Source of the DNA: the human T2T-CHM13v2.0 reference genome, Homo sapiens | Assembly (NCBI RefSeq): GCF_009914755.1 | Contig: NC_060934.1 | DNA length: 64,000 bases | Strand: one strand, 5' to 3' | In this document: positions 1 through 13,826 of the stretch, in pieces | Position numbering within the stretch: position 1 is the first letter of the stretch | Layout of the letters: the number at the start of each line of letters is the position of its first letter | Made by a program: the position numbers and the translations under genes | The notes under the pieces: generated by a model | The model's database searches: none | What the model was told of the DNA's origin: nothing | The model's input: the letters and a program-made list of their open reading frames with translations, nothing else

Positions 1-344
1 AAAAAAATATGACTTGGAAAAAAAAAACCCTCTCATTTCACCTCTAGAAGGAAATGAAGACACCTTCCGACCAGTCCTGCATGTTCAACTCTCTGGGACA
101 ATCCTAGAATCAGATGTTAACCAAATAGCCCCCAAATACATGAAAAATGTTTAAAATGTTGAAAATGGAAAAGGATGAGACTGCTTTGGAATACAATTTG
201 GGTTTATTCATTAACCAAAAGAAAGATGCATTTGTATTGATTATGCATCTACCCCAGACTGAAAAACACAGATGTAGAGGACTAGTTCTTAGCTGTAAGG
301 CACCTCATTACTAATGCTGCATGATGGAGGTTTTACTATTGGGC

Positions 345-688
345 AGAGGAGTGAAAGCGTGTGTTGTGAGAAAGTGGGTTTGAAGTCTATGCCCAACAAC
401 TCCTAAGATGCTAACCTTGGAGAAATTACAAAATTCTTCAAATTTCAGTTTGTCTATAGAATGAGGATGCTAACAACTATACAATACATAGCCTCAAGAG
501 ACCAGGGGCCTGGGCTTTATATTAGCTTATTTCCAGGTTTAATCCTGGTTCCTTCCTTTATTTCAACGGTGTGATATTGGACAAATAGCTAGGCTCTCTG
601 GACCTCAGTTGTTTTCTTCTACAAATGCGGTTATTAATTTAAAAGGGTTTATAAGGATGAAGTAAGATAACATGCACATACAATTAAG
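345..688 (+). mobile_element. Two MIR SINE relics
   Basis: MIR core motifs: 'ccttggagaaattac...ttcagtttgtctatagaatgaggat' and 'tgtgatattggacaaatag...ctctctggacctcagttgttttcttctacaaatgcgg'. Boundaries approximate. Confidence 0.65.
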
Positions 689-858
689 GCTGGGCCCAGC
701 ACAGTGGCTGACACCTGTAATCCCAGCATTTTGGGAGGCCGAGATGGGAGGATCACAATATAGTGATTCCTGGGATCACTATATTGCCCAGGAACTTGAG
801 ACCATCCTGGGCAATATAGTGACACCTCGTGTCTGCAAAAAATAAAAAATAAATAAAT
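689..858 (+). mobile_element. Alu left monomer (FLAM/AluJ-like) with internal fold-back insertion
   Basis: 'ggctgggcccagcacagtggctgacacctgtaatcccagcattttgggaggccgag...accatcctgggcaatatagtgacacc' followed by an A-rich tail. Confidence 0.9.
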
Positions 859-2229
859 TGAGCCTGCTCAGCTCATATTATATGCTGAAAAATGTGTGCA
901 TCATTTATTGTTTATTGTCATCATTATGACCACTGCTACTGCTGCTACTATGTGAAACACCAAGTACGACGCCAGCCATAAAGTAGGAACTCAGTATAAG
1001 CTACTTCTTTCTCCCTACTTTATAATATGAAAGAATACTCATAAGGGTAATGATTATCCTTCCCCCCCCCATAGATAGGCATCTGCTCTTTGGCCATAAT
1101 GCAAATGTGGAATATTTATGGCTCTTTTTCACGAGCCCTGGGTGTAGCTGTGCTATTTCTTTCTCTTTAGCAGCTAATTTCAGAGTTTTAGTTGAATTAC
1201 TCAATGCACATTGCAGACAGCATGCCTTTCCTGGGTCAGTGATTTATACAGCTGATATACACAGAAGGAAAAGAGCTAAGGAGATGGCATGCCAATGTCC
1301 CTACTTTTTACATGGGAAATGTGTATTTTCAATTTAGAAACACCATGAAAGTCACTGGCCCCAGAGGCAGATACTATTTTTATCAAGAGAAGTTGGCCCC
1401 TCAAACTTTGTTTGCTAGCTGATTTTACTGCTCCGTGGGTCTCTTGTCTGGCTCCCCGCACTCCTTTCTGACTGGAAGTGAGATCTCGTTTCAGGGAAAT
1501 GCTTGGCTGGCGGGCAGGCAGGACACATTGTATAAAAAGCTAGTATCTGAAATTAAGATTTCAACCTGCTGTCCCAGCAGGAACTTCTTCCAAATTTTTC
1601 TTCCTAACCTTCAAACTAAATGAGAAACACCAAATTTTCTTTGAAAATAAAAGGTAAATAATGAAACATTTCCTTGGTTCTGATTAAAATGCACAGGCCA
1701 ATGCTTCCTTAACTTCCTTGTATGAGTGAGTCAAAGGATCTCAAAAAGAGGAGCTCAGATCACTTTCAAAGCACTTACCAGGGTAGAAGGGACTTCCCAT
1801 GTCACATGCTGTTGGTGGGAAAGAATGTGAAGGTCAAGTATTCCATGCTAACTTTGAGATACCATTGATTATACTCAGAGCCTCACGGGTGCCTACTACC
1901 ACTGAACAACACACCTCCTCCATATTATATTTGTGTTCCTGGAGTCAGGGATGTCTATTCTTTTTGCTTTCCTTCTACTTGAAAATGTTACAATGGACCC
2001 CATGTGACATGAATTATTTATCTAGAAAGAGGCAGTTCCATGGCAATTGTTAGAATTCCATGCCCAATTCTCTTTTTGATCCATTGCACCCGTTTTCTTG
2101 ATGACCTGTCAGGGCTGGCCATTCAACTCTAGGAGCTCACTAGTCTATGTAGGGACTGCTCTTGTTAGCACTCCTTGCCTGTCTTTCAACCTATCATCCA
2201 CAGATCCAGAATGAATTCAGAGACTCCCA

Positions 2230-2371
2230 GCTCAATGTCAAAACGAAATAGGACCCCACAGAGCAACAGATTTCATCCTCTCACTTTTTGATGAAGAATT
2301 GCTCAATGTCAGAACTAAATAGAACCCCGCAGATCAGTGGATTTTATCCTCTCACTTTTTGATGAAGAATC
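2230..2371 (+). repeat. Diverged tandem duplication, period 71 bp, 2 copies
   Basis: 'gctcaatgtca...atcctctcactttttgatgaagaat' starts at 2230 and again at 2301. Confidence 0.95.
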
Positions 2372-3524
2372 GAGTTGCATCTTAAGGAGATAAAGCAATT
2401 TATCCAGTCACCCAAGCAGCCTGTTGCAAAACTAGGACTAGAAAATCTCTGTTCATCATTCCAGACTGCCCTTCTTCCTAAGCTATGGGAATTTACTAAG
2501 CAGAAGTTTAGCTGGACACATTCTTCCTCTACAAGATTATAAATGGTCTATTCTCAAATAAACTGCAACTGTTAACTTGTTCATAGCAACTTAAGCATAT
2601 TAAAATATGATAATTTGTACCCACAGGCACATCTTCTATTTATAGGCAGATGACACATACACACCTATGCCAAAACTCTCCCTCTTGACTCAGGCTCACA
2701 TAATATTTTGTATACAAGACGATATTCCTCAATACTCAACCAGTACAGATTTAATATGTACCTCCTATATTCTCTGCAGTCTTCCAGGTACAGCAGAGAG
2801 TGGAGGAAAAAGAATTATTAGGACAGATTTAGAAAAATGAAGATGTGGAGGAAATTTGGAGGGAAGAAGTCTAAAGGCTTTGGTCTTCAAAGACATTCTG
2901 TATTCTCAAATGCCAATATCTGCTGATAGGCAGGTGGGAGGAAAGGCACACAGATTTTCTGTAAAGTCCTACTGAAGACAATGCTATCTCACATTGACCA
3001 GGTCAAGGGAAAATTCTTGATGCTTTAAGATGAAATATACTTTACTTTGCTTAAATAAGGACTCTGTATGTGCATTTAACTTGCTCTAAAGGAGCAGAGG
3101 AGCAAAGTCATTTGCAGTCAGAGAGCTAATAAAACCCCATACGACACCACTTTCTTTCTCAGCAGAATAACAGTGAAAAGTTAAAGATGATTATGACTTT
3201 TAGTCTGTGAGCCTTTCTGCTGACGGAGATCTTTTTCATGTATGTTTTACATTTAAATGGAATGATGAGTATCCTTAAAAAAATGTTATCTCTAGAATTA
3301 GATCCTTCTTGGTTCCATAAGGATGATTTGTGACCCAAAATTTGAAAAGAATTTTGATTTGGTTGTAAGAAGAGAAGCACATCTTGAAGTTATTTCAAAC
3401 TTTGTCAAACTTCTTTAATGAATAAAGTGCCATCTTTCATGCTTAGTTTCTTAGAATGTCATAAATCTATAACCTGAAGTTTCTAAAACACTTTCATTTT
3501 CCTGCTTAGAGAGGAAGGGAGGGC

Positions 3525-3670
3525 AAATATCATTACCTTCATGTTATACATGAAGAAACTAAACTTCAGAGAGGTTAGGTGACTTGCCTGAGGTTGTACA
3601 GCTAATAAGTGACAGAGTTAGATGAGAGTGAAGCCTTTGCTGATTTCATCTGATATTCTTTCTGTCACAC
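3525..3670 (-). mobile_element. MIR
   Basis: 'atgaagaaactaaacttcagagaggttaggtgacttgcctgaggttgtacagctaataagtgacagag' matches the MIR core. Confidence 0.8.
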
Positions 3671-5256
3671 TTTCATGCTTGAGAACTAGGAACAAGAAAG
3701 GGGAAAGTAACAAGAAAAAAGAAGGAATGAGACTAACGGATACTTCCTAGGGTATCCCAGCTTTCCAAAAAGTAAAACAGTTGGAAAAGAAAATCTACTC
3801 TGTTTTTATCTTTTAAAGCCCTCACAGTGTTATATAAAATGAAAAATTAATGAGCACCTGTAAAAGATTTCATTGCCCAGCTCTCTGAGGCCACAATTTA
3901 AAGTTAATGTTATTTTCTGTATTAATAGCTGCTCCCAATGATGTTTCCCTTTTAAGTTAATGCAGATGCCAGGTAATTTGGAAGAGACCAAATAGACCAG
4001 GAGGAGCAGCTCAGACTGCTCACTCAGCAGCCCTCTAATTTGAAAAGAGAGCTTCAGGAGTAGTTACTACCTTTGGGACCTTGTCTGGGGTTATTAGATG
4101 TACACAGGCTACTCCTTAAGAACAACATCCCCTGTTTCTTATCCTTCAGAAAAATTTGCAGCTCCTAGTAATTGTAGAATAGAATTCCATTATCACAGTA
4201 CTCCCACTGAGTTTCTCTTCCACTCTCCATTTTAAAAACATTTTCTTTAAACATGACTGTTTGTTCCAGCACTGATAAGGGAGTTGGGTGACACATTCTG
4301 CTCATAAAATGGCAATGATCCTCATCATGGTGATTTCGGATGAGGAATGGTTACTTCCTCAGTCGGAGACCCAAGCTTAATATTCAGAGACTTCCTCCAG
4401 ATTCTGCAAACTCTCCATGTTCTGTCTTTATGCTGGAAGAGCTGAAGCTTCAACTCACCCTTCTTGAATCTTCAACCTGACCTCCTCGAGGAAGGAAGAA
4501 CCTCCTAAAAGTTCCCAGGTTTATTGGTGATTTTTTCTTTCTTCTGGTCAGAGACATAATTATTTCTGTGACTAGGAAACAAGGACAATGTGTGGGTGTC
4601 TTTTCTGATACTGGCTTGAAGTTATTCTGATAAATTAGCCTAAATTAGAGTGGAATTCCTCAAGTGCAGTGAATCTTTTATGTTGAATTCATGCCAGGCT
4701 TTCGTATGACCCTGGCCCTTTCCTGTCAGTTTCTGGGTCTGCTTTTAGAGCACAACATTACAGGAAGTTAATGGACTGGTTGTAGAATTAATAGACTCTG
4801 AATGTTGCCAATAATATTTAAACTATATATATATAATACCCTATACACAATCTTTATATATATAATGTACATGAGCTACACTGCAAATACATACTAGTAT
4901 GTGACATGCTTTTAAAACATACACAGAAAGTGCAAACTAAAGACAAAATAACTATAAATAGAAGTTGTGTTTTCCTTGTACTTCAATAAGTAATTTAATT
5001 TCTTCCTTACCAGAGGTTTTAAAGCTCTCCTATGAGGCCACTGAGCTAACCAACGTGTTCTACCTGCCATGTTCTCTCTGGTGGCTCTGTCGGTTATGGA
5101 AAGAAGAGTAGTCTGAATGTATTTTCTTTGAATTATTCCTACTTGCATGTCACCTGGGAAGCAAAGTAAGCTGGGCACATGGGTGGTGAATGAGCCTCAT
5201 GTTCCCATGAGCCTTACCTGGATCATCAGGTAAGGAATACTGCAACTGAGACTTAC

Positions 5257-5341
5257 CTGTGTCTTCTCCTCAAAGACAAGTCTCAAATGAATGACAAAAG
5301 GTCTTGATTAAATTGCTATTATATCAAATCACTTTGAGCCA
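5257..5341 (-). ncRNA. Candidate 85-nt non-coding internal exon (lncRNA or UTR)
   Basis: Minus strand reads branch-like 'ttttaat', then 'tcctcttcttctattttcAG|tggctc', and ends 'acacag|GTAAGT' (consensus donor). Stop codons occur in all three frames. Confidence 0.5.
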
Positions 5342-5969
5342 CTGAAAATAGAAGAAGAGGAATTAAAATGCATTCTTCCCAACATTCCTTAGACTTAAAG
5401 ACTCAGGATTTAAGTGGAACCATAAAAGTCACGTTGCAGGTGCAAACACAGCGTCCTAAAGAGGTGACTTCACCCGCCCAAGTTGACATAGCCAGTCCCA
5501 GTGAGTGGAAGATCTAATGCTCAAATCCTGCTGTGCTCCTTCCTGCTCTAGGAGAATTTATATTTTAAGGTGGAGAAGTGTTGGATTCCCCAAACACAAA
5601 CAACCGCATTTTTCGTGTCTCCTTAATTTCTTCCTCTTCATGTCTTTCTTAAGGGAAATATATGTTGTAATAAAGTTTTGTGTATGTCATTCTTTTTTTT
5701 CTGACTTAGGATACTTTTAAAAACCATTTTATTATAAAATAAAACGTTGATACGGAAAATCATACAAAACAAATTTTGCTGTTGTTGTTTTCCCAAGAGG
5801 GACTTGGAGCCCTCTTTCCTGACCCTTCACAGGTGAGGTGTGCTTGTCCCTCTCTGCCCAGCCTCTCTCACAGGCTTGTCTGCCTTCTGCCAATTGATAC
5901 CGTAGTGTGGAAGCCAAATTGCAAGATTACTCTCTCCCCTCACTCCCTTCTGAATCCATGAATTCACCT

Positions 5970-7130
5970 ATTTGTAGATGCAAAGCTCTCAAACTGGGAC
6001 CTTCCTTTGCTGATTTCAATTGATTTTCTTTTCCTTTTTTTTCTAATTTTTGTTCCTTATTTCTCATATCTTTTGCTCTGCTTTCTGGAAGATTTTTTTA
6101 AACTTTATCATCCAGCTTGATGATGGGCTATTTTAATTTTATTTTTCAAAAAGTATTTATCACTGATTGTTTTTCTTTTACAGCATCCTTTGGTCATTTC
6201 ACGAATACCATATATTTTCCTCTTCCTCTCTGATGACAGGAATGTGTCTATTTCAAGTGTTCCTTGGTCCTTTGCAGATTCTCATTTTCCTGTGTGATCC
6301 TTTCCTCCTGCTGTTTGTTTTGGTCTGTCCCTTTCAGGCAGGAGACTTCACTCCGTGTCTAATGACCTTGCCTGTCTGTCCCGAGAATGGGACACTCTCA
6401 AACATGCTTGACTGAGCTCATGGTGGGAGGGGCTGAGTGTGCTGACAGGTTTCAATGTCAGGAGATAGGGTGACTGATCAAACAAATGTCAGATGTCATT
6501 ATCTGGAGACTGTTTTTCTGAGGTCTCAAGTTTCCTCAGAGCGAAAGCATCCAACTTGACTTGCTGCCAGCATTCTGGAAGCAGGACTAAGGAAGGTGTC
6601 TGAGGAGTCCAGCCTTCTACATGTAGGGTTTCACTCATCCCCTGCATCAGCCTGACTCTATCTGACAATCACGGTGTCTGGTGCCTTGAGACCTTGGATC
6701 ACCAGGAGAGTGTCCCTCGGGTTTTGTGTGGAAAGGGTATGTTGAGCCGGGTGGATGAAAAAAGGAGGAAGACAGCCATGTTGTAAGGCATCAGAAAAAC
6801 CAATTCCTCTTTCCACCAGCCCCCTACTTTGGCCTCATTTGCCTTCTAAACCCCTCACATTCCTGATACCTGTTGTTTCTGAGAGCTTTGTGTTCATTGA
6901 TTCTACAGGCGAATCAGCTCATCCTTGATGGCAAATTATGACTTGGGTCACAATTCCGTTCAGCTCAATCTGTTGTCATCTTTACTTCTCTTTCCCATGT
7001 CTAATATCTGTTAAAACTTCTCATCTGTAGCTGTCTCCTCCAATTCTCTTTCTGGTATGGTTAATGCCTTTTGGGTCTTGAAATAGAGATCAATGGGTGT
7101 GGTTACCTTTGCTATTTTTACTCTGAAATC
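5970..7130 (-). mobile_element. Old L1-related relic (HAL1/L1ME-like)
   Basis: T-rich antisense LINE-like sequence such as 'tttgctctgctttctggaagatttttttaaactttatcatccagc'. Family tentative. Confidence 0.5.
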
Positions 7131-8319
7131 TATGGAGTTCATTTGTCTTCTCAACATTAGGCAATATGTCCATCAAGTAACTTTAGTTGCGTGGTCAATT
7201 GTTCACCGTTGCTTAAAGTTTAAAAATAAAACCGTATTTGCACCAAAGCAGAGATAAACTTTAGTTAAGGCATCATTGGAGCCTTTACAAACACAGAACA
7301 TTTCTGCTTACTCAGGTAGCAATGATTTGAAACTGTTGAAGATATTTATCAATAATATCTATATACAATTTATTTTGGTACTTTCTGAAATTGTAAGGAA
7401 ATTTTGTTTAATTTAGGTATTCATTTGAAATTATAATACTTTAGATAAATCTTCATTTTAAAAGATATTTTCCTGAAATAGCTGCTTTGAAGTTTTAACA
7501 GCTTCATCTCTGAGTTACAACCACAATTTTACCTTTAGAAAGCATCCACTAGATTTAGTCAACCAAAATGTTATCTCACAGTCTTTGTTCAACGTGGGCA
7601 GATTGGGAAGTTTCTGTATTTTTAACATAAAGAAGCTACTGGTGACCTTTAATTCAAAGGTTAATTTTGAGTCTGCAAGTCTTTGTCATGTCTATACCCA
7701 AGTGAGGGTCATTTTCAGAGCAGGTAATAATAAGCTAAAAAATGCATTTCTTTTATTTTCTGTAAGGATTACAACATTAATTTTTTATGGTCAGAACAAA
7801 GGAGCTTGTTATTCAGCCTGGAGTCGGCTCTATTTTCCCCCTGGAAATATATAACTTCCTTTACACATGTCAAGACCAGCCCTGTTTGTGGACAATCTGT
7901 ACTCTGACAAGACTTTTATTGGCCTCCTAACACAGAAGAGAACTGTGCTTGGGCCTCCACTTTTCACTATTATTCATTTCTTGGGTTTGCTCATGAAAGT
8001 TCCAGTTAAAATGCAAATATATCAGTAACATTTTCAGCTACTTCTGTCTCAGGAAAATTAGTACAGCTGAGTTCACCAGGGCCTTAGGAGACTGGGACAG
8101 ATAAAATTTTAATGGGACCAAACCAAAGAAAATGATGGTACGTTAAACACTGCCTAGCGCTGCAGAGTTGAGAGGTAGAGAGCAAAAGGAACCTCCCAAA
8201 AGCTGAGAATGGAACTGGCTGCTGTAGTAGTGGTGAGCCATGTGCCTGGAAAAATTCAAGCAGAAGCTGCAGGAAATCTTGTGGTGACTCTGTAATAATA
8301 ATAGTGCCCCTAGTGACAT

Positions 8320-8530
8320 AGTGCAGTACTATTTTCAAATTGTTTTCAGATCCATTATTTCATTCATAATCCAATGAATCTTATGAAGAGAACAAGTTAC
8401 AACTGTTAAAGAAAGAAACTGGGTATCAGGGAATCTGTGCAATGGTCTCAAAGTCATACAATTAATGATCAATAGTGGAATCAGCATTAGCACCCAGTTT
8501 GCCTAACTCTAGTCTAGGGCTCTTCACTAA
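8320..8530 (-). mobile_element. MIR
   Basis: 'atttcattcataatcc...gaaactgggtatcaggg...aaagtcatacaattaatga...cccagtttgcctaactct'. Confidence 0.65.
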
Positions 8531-8668
8531 ACACTGTGTTTTTCCCCGATGATTCCCTGGACAGCAGTGGGAGTGACGCTGGCCTCTAAAGTCAGAAGTT
8601 ATAGTCTCAAGAGACCCAAAGCCAGTGTGAGATTTCCCTAAAGTCTTGTGTTTTATCTTTAAAAATAG

Positions 8669-9142
<474 letters not shown>

Positions 9143-9474
9143 TGACCATGGTTGTGTGGACTTGGCTGGGATTGCCTAGCCTTGATCTCGGCTGGGTTGG
9201 GTTCAGGTTTGCTGCAGAGGTCTTCTCATTCTCCCAAGACTGGCAGTGAACCAGGGCATGTTCTATGCATGGCAGATCAGAGGTGTGCAAGAAGAACAAG
9301 CAGAAACAGGCAATCCTCTTAAGGCAGCTGTCACCTCTACCCTTCTTCTGTTGGTTAAAGTACATCATAGAGCGAAGCCCAAATTCAGTGGGATGGGATG
9401 CATATTCAGCTTGCTTTACTGTACTGCAAAGTCTCATAGCAGAGGAAGTAAAAAACTGAAACAAGTAATCCAAT

Positions 9475-9897
9475 TGTATTAGTTTGTTCTCACACTGTTA
9501 CAAGGAAATACCTTAGACTTGAAACTGGGTAATTTATCAAGAAAAGAAGTTTAATTGGCTCATGATTCTGCAGGCTATACAGGAACCATAGTGGTTTCTG
9601 CTTCTGGGGAAGCATCAAGAAATTTACAACCATGGTGGTAGGCAAAGGAGAAGCAGGCACATCTTACATGGCTGGAGCAGAAGGAAGAGAGAGAGAGAAG
9701 GTGCTACACACTTTTAAACAACCAGATCTCACGAGAACTCACCCATTATAAAGTACCAAGGGAAGGGGGAATGGTGATAAGCCATTCATGAGAACTCCGC
9801 CCCCACAACCCAGTCATCTCCAACCAGGCCCCTCTTCCAACATTGGGGATTACAGTTCAGCGAGATTTGGGCAGGGACACAGATCCAAACCAGATCA
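9475..9897 (-). mobile_element. MST (MSTA/MSTB-like) solo LTR nested in the MLT1 provirus
   Basis: 'tgtattagtttgttctcacactg...gaaactgggtaatttat...ttaaacaaccagatctc...cagatccaaaccagatca'. Confidence 0.9.
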
Positions 9898-10584
9898 CTA
9901 GTAGACAGTGGCCTTCCCTCTTGACTGCAAACATTCACCCTGTGACCCACATGCAGAATACATTCACCTCCATGCTAAGACTCCAAAAAGTTTCATCTTA
10001 TCCCAAGAACAGGATCCAAGTCCTGAATCTCATGATTGACATTAGGTCCATATGTTGCTCTTCTTAATATGGGCTTTTAAACTAAAAAGGCAAGTTAACT
10101 GCTTATGCCCAATGCCCACACACCCATCACTGTGTACCTAATACGTAATAGTAAAAGAGGCAGAGATTAAATTTTGCAAAAACCCAAAACACTCCCATTT
10201 GAAAAGGTTAAGACTGGGAGGTACATAGCAGTCACTAGTCCACTGCAGTTCCAAAATCCACTGGACAAAGGTTGCCAGGGCATAGGTAAAAGAATATTCT
10301 TTGATTACATCTAGTTCTGATCCCCAGAAAGCAGCTCCCACCACACTGTTCTCCATGGCTCTTCACTCCACCCTACGAGAGAAGCTTCCTTTTCCATCCT
10401 CTTTCCCAGCTGCATCTTAAGAGGGCATTGGCAAATATGTCCTTCCTGGTGACTAAGAAGTTATCTCTGTCTATTCCTGCCTATATACTGTTGGTGTCCT
10501 ATAGGTCTTTTTACAGCCAAACAGTCACAGTCTCTTTCATTTAAAGCTGGCAGTACCTTGTCAATTTAACTATCTCAAAAGCTT

Positions 10585-11132
10585 TGATTTTTAATCCTTT
10601 GGGTATATACCCAGTAATGGGATTGCTGGGTCAAATGGTATAAAGGCACATGCATAAGTATGTTCATTGCAGCACTGTTTACAATAGCAAAAACTTGGAA
10701 CCAACCCAAATGCCCATTAATGATAGACTGAATAAAGAAAATGTGTCACATATACACCATGGAATACTATGCAGCCATAAAAAAGGATGAGTTCATGTCC
10801 TTTGCAGGGACATGGATGAAGCTGGAAACCGTCATTCTCAGCAAACTAACCCAGGAACAGAAAACAAACACCACATGTTCTCACTCATAAGTGGGAGTTG
10901 AACATTGAGAACACATGGACATAGGGAGGGGAACATCACACACTGGGGCCTGTCAGGGGTGGGGGGCAAGGGGAGGGAGAGCATTAGGACAAGTACCTAA
11001 TGCATGCGGGGCTTAAAACCGAGATGATGGGTTGATGGGTGCAGCAAACTACCATGGCACATCTATACCTATATAACAAACCTGCATGTTTGGCACATGT
11101 ATCCCAGAACTTAAAGTATTAAAAAAAAAAAA
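10585..11132 (+). mobile_element. L1PA 3' end, 5'-truncated, with a ~55-bp 5' inversion
   Basis: 10585-10640 is antisense L1 and 10641-11132 is sense ORF2 end/3'UTR with G-rich tract and poly(A). TSD aaaagc(t/c)ttga. Confidence 0.95.
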
Positions 11133-12525
11133 GCCTTGAATGTTTTCCATGTATTTGATTCCAGTCAGTTCTATGTGCCTAAGCCACAACCACCATTCTT
11201 TTGGGACATGGCTCTCTATAGACTAAAAGAAGTCCTTTGAGCTGAACAGGCTTCTAGGAGACTATACCTTCAATCTGTATAGAGGCACTTTTCCAGCTAA
11301 AACCTTCTCTTAGAGCCACTTTAATTCTTTCAGCCATCTTAAAAAGGGTACTAATACCAAGGTCTTGATTTTGTGCTTGTCCTGAGCTTGTATATTAATG
11401 ATATACAATGCCCTTTAGTAGACCTTTTCCTGACACAGTGTGTTTATGGCTACATCTTTGATTTAATAAGAAACACTTTCATATGTCAACTCTACATGTC
11501 CTAGAATTTCTGGACTCTCTTCTATTTGCACACTGGTCTTTTTGGAGTTCATCAGACTCTTGTAATACTTTGCCAGAGGAACTAACTCATTCTGCCAACC
11601 TTTTGCCTCAAAAGCTTCTCACCTGACACAAGTTGTTATGAATATTTTTCCATGTTCTGAGTTACCACAGAGGACAGACTTACCAAATGGCTTGACAATT
11701 ACCTAACATAGGTCCCTATTTTTTCCATTCTCCTATAATGGTTTCCTTAGTTCCTGTCAGTTGATCTCATCATCAACGCTGCATAGTAGAAGCACTACAG
11801 AGGCACTCCACTTCTAGGTACTGATTTCTGTATTAGTCGATATTCAATGCATAACAAGCAAAGTCAAAATCTCAATGGCTGAAACAAGTATGTGGTTTTC
11901 TTGGTTCTTTGGGTTTCCTTGGCTCCAGGTTGAGGTTGGATTCAAGTCTGCTGCATGTTTCCTTATTCTCCTTGGTCCAATGGCTTCCTTTCTTCTCATA
12001 AAGCCTTAGAGGAGAAGGTTGTCACTGTCATTCAGAACTTCCAACAAATTATCTGTAGGCTGCCCCTCTTGTATTGTCCAAAGCACATCACATGACTAAA
12101 CTCCAAATCGATGGATGCAGAAATTATGCTCTGACTATTCTACTGCCTTGTGCGTCCCATGGCAGAAAGAGGGGAAGAAGTGAGACAAATAACACAATTT
12201 ATAATGCATTTCAGAATGTATCTTCGTTCTAATATAATTGTTTAATGTATTGTTATCCCCAAAGCCTTCAAGTAAAGTTGATATCCCAGGATCATTCCAT
12301 GGTTTTGAATATTCCACACTCTACCAAGAGTCCCTCAGGAGTACATGTGGTCCAGTTTGAAAAGCAGGGATTCATAAAACTGTGCCTCGAGCATATTAGA
12401 GGGACAGGGACCTTTCAGGTCCCTTCTAGTAAGAATTCTCTGACTCTATGACCATGAATTGGAGACACTGAACGCAAACTTCATCCAATTTGCAATTTTG
12501 TGTTAGACTGGCCTGAATCAAATTA

Positions 12526-12855
12526 CAGTTGTCCCTCAGTTTCAGTGGGGAATTTGTTCCAGGATCCTCCAGTGAATACCAAAATCCACAGATGCTCAAG
12601 TCTCTGATATAAAATGGTGTAGTATTTGCATATAACCTATGCATGTCATCTGGTATACTTTAAATTATCTCTAGATTACTTACAATATCTAATGCAATAT
12701 AAATGCTATGTAAATAGTTATTACACTGTATTGGTTTAGTTGTATTATTTTTTATGACTGTACTGCTATTTTTTGTTGTTTTTTTATGAATTTTTTTGAT
12801 CCACAGTTGGTTGAGTCCACATACGTGGAACCTGTGAATACAGAAGGCCAACTCT
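12526..12855 (+). mobile_element. MER2 (TcMar-Tigger MITE)
   Basis: 'ta|cagttgtccctcag...gatgctcaagtctctgatataaaatggtgtagtatttgcatataacctatgca...gaaggccaactc|ta'. Confidence 0.85.
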
Positions 12856-13290
12856 ATGTCATGTCGCAAATGTGGCTTCCTGTGCTAATCCCTTTCTTTC
12901 TGCAACAAAATTATGAGGACTGAGAATGAATGTGAGAGAAAGTCTTCCTTTGAAAATATCTACAGACTGTTGCCTACACACGTTGTGCAGTGTACAATAC
13001 AAGAATGTAATGTCCTTTTACTCCTTAATTCATTCAACAAATATCTTCTGTGAATCTGTCATGCGTCAGAGTCAATGCTAGTGGCTAGGTATGTATGAAT
13101 ACAACGGTTAGCAAAGTGTAGTCTTGGGACCCTGAGTGCCCTGAGAAATTGTCAGGGGGCCTTCACAGACCAAGCTATTTCCACAAGAATACTTAAAAGT
13201 TCTTTGCGTTGCCCATTCTTTCATGATCACAGAGTGAACCCATCATCTGTTATGCCAGATGTTAAAAAGGTTTCCAAAAACGTAAAAAAG

Positions 13291-13630
<340 letters not shown>

Positions 13631-13802
13631 TCATTTTTATTTAAAAATATGGTACTTATGTTCATGTGTAATAATTTCATTATTTATTCACTTTAATTGA
13701 CAAAACTTATACATATTTATCATGTACAACTTGTTTTGAAAAAAGTATGCATCACAAAATGGCTAAATCAAATTAATGTATTCATTACCTCACATTCTTA
13801 TT

Positions 13803-13826
13803 TGTGTGTGTGTGTGTGTGTGTGTG
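13803..13826 (+). repeat. (TG)12 microsatellite
   Basis: Read directly from sequence. Confidence 0.95.
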
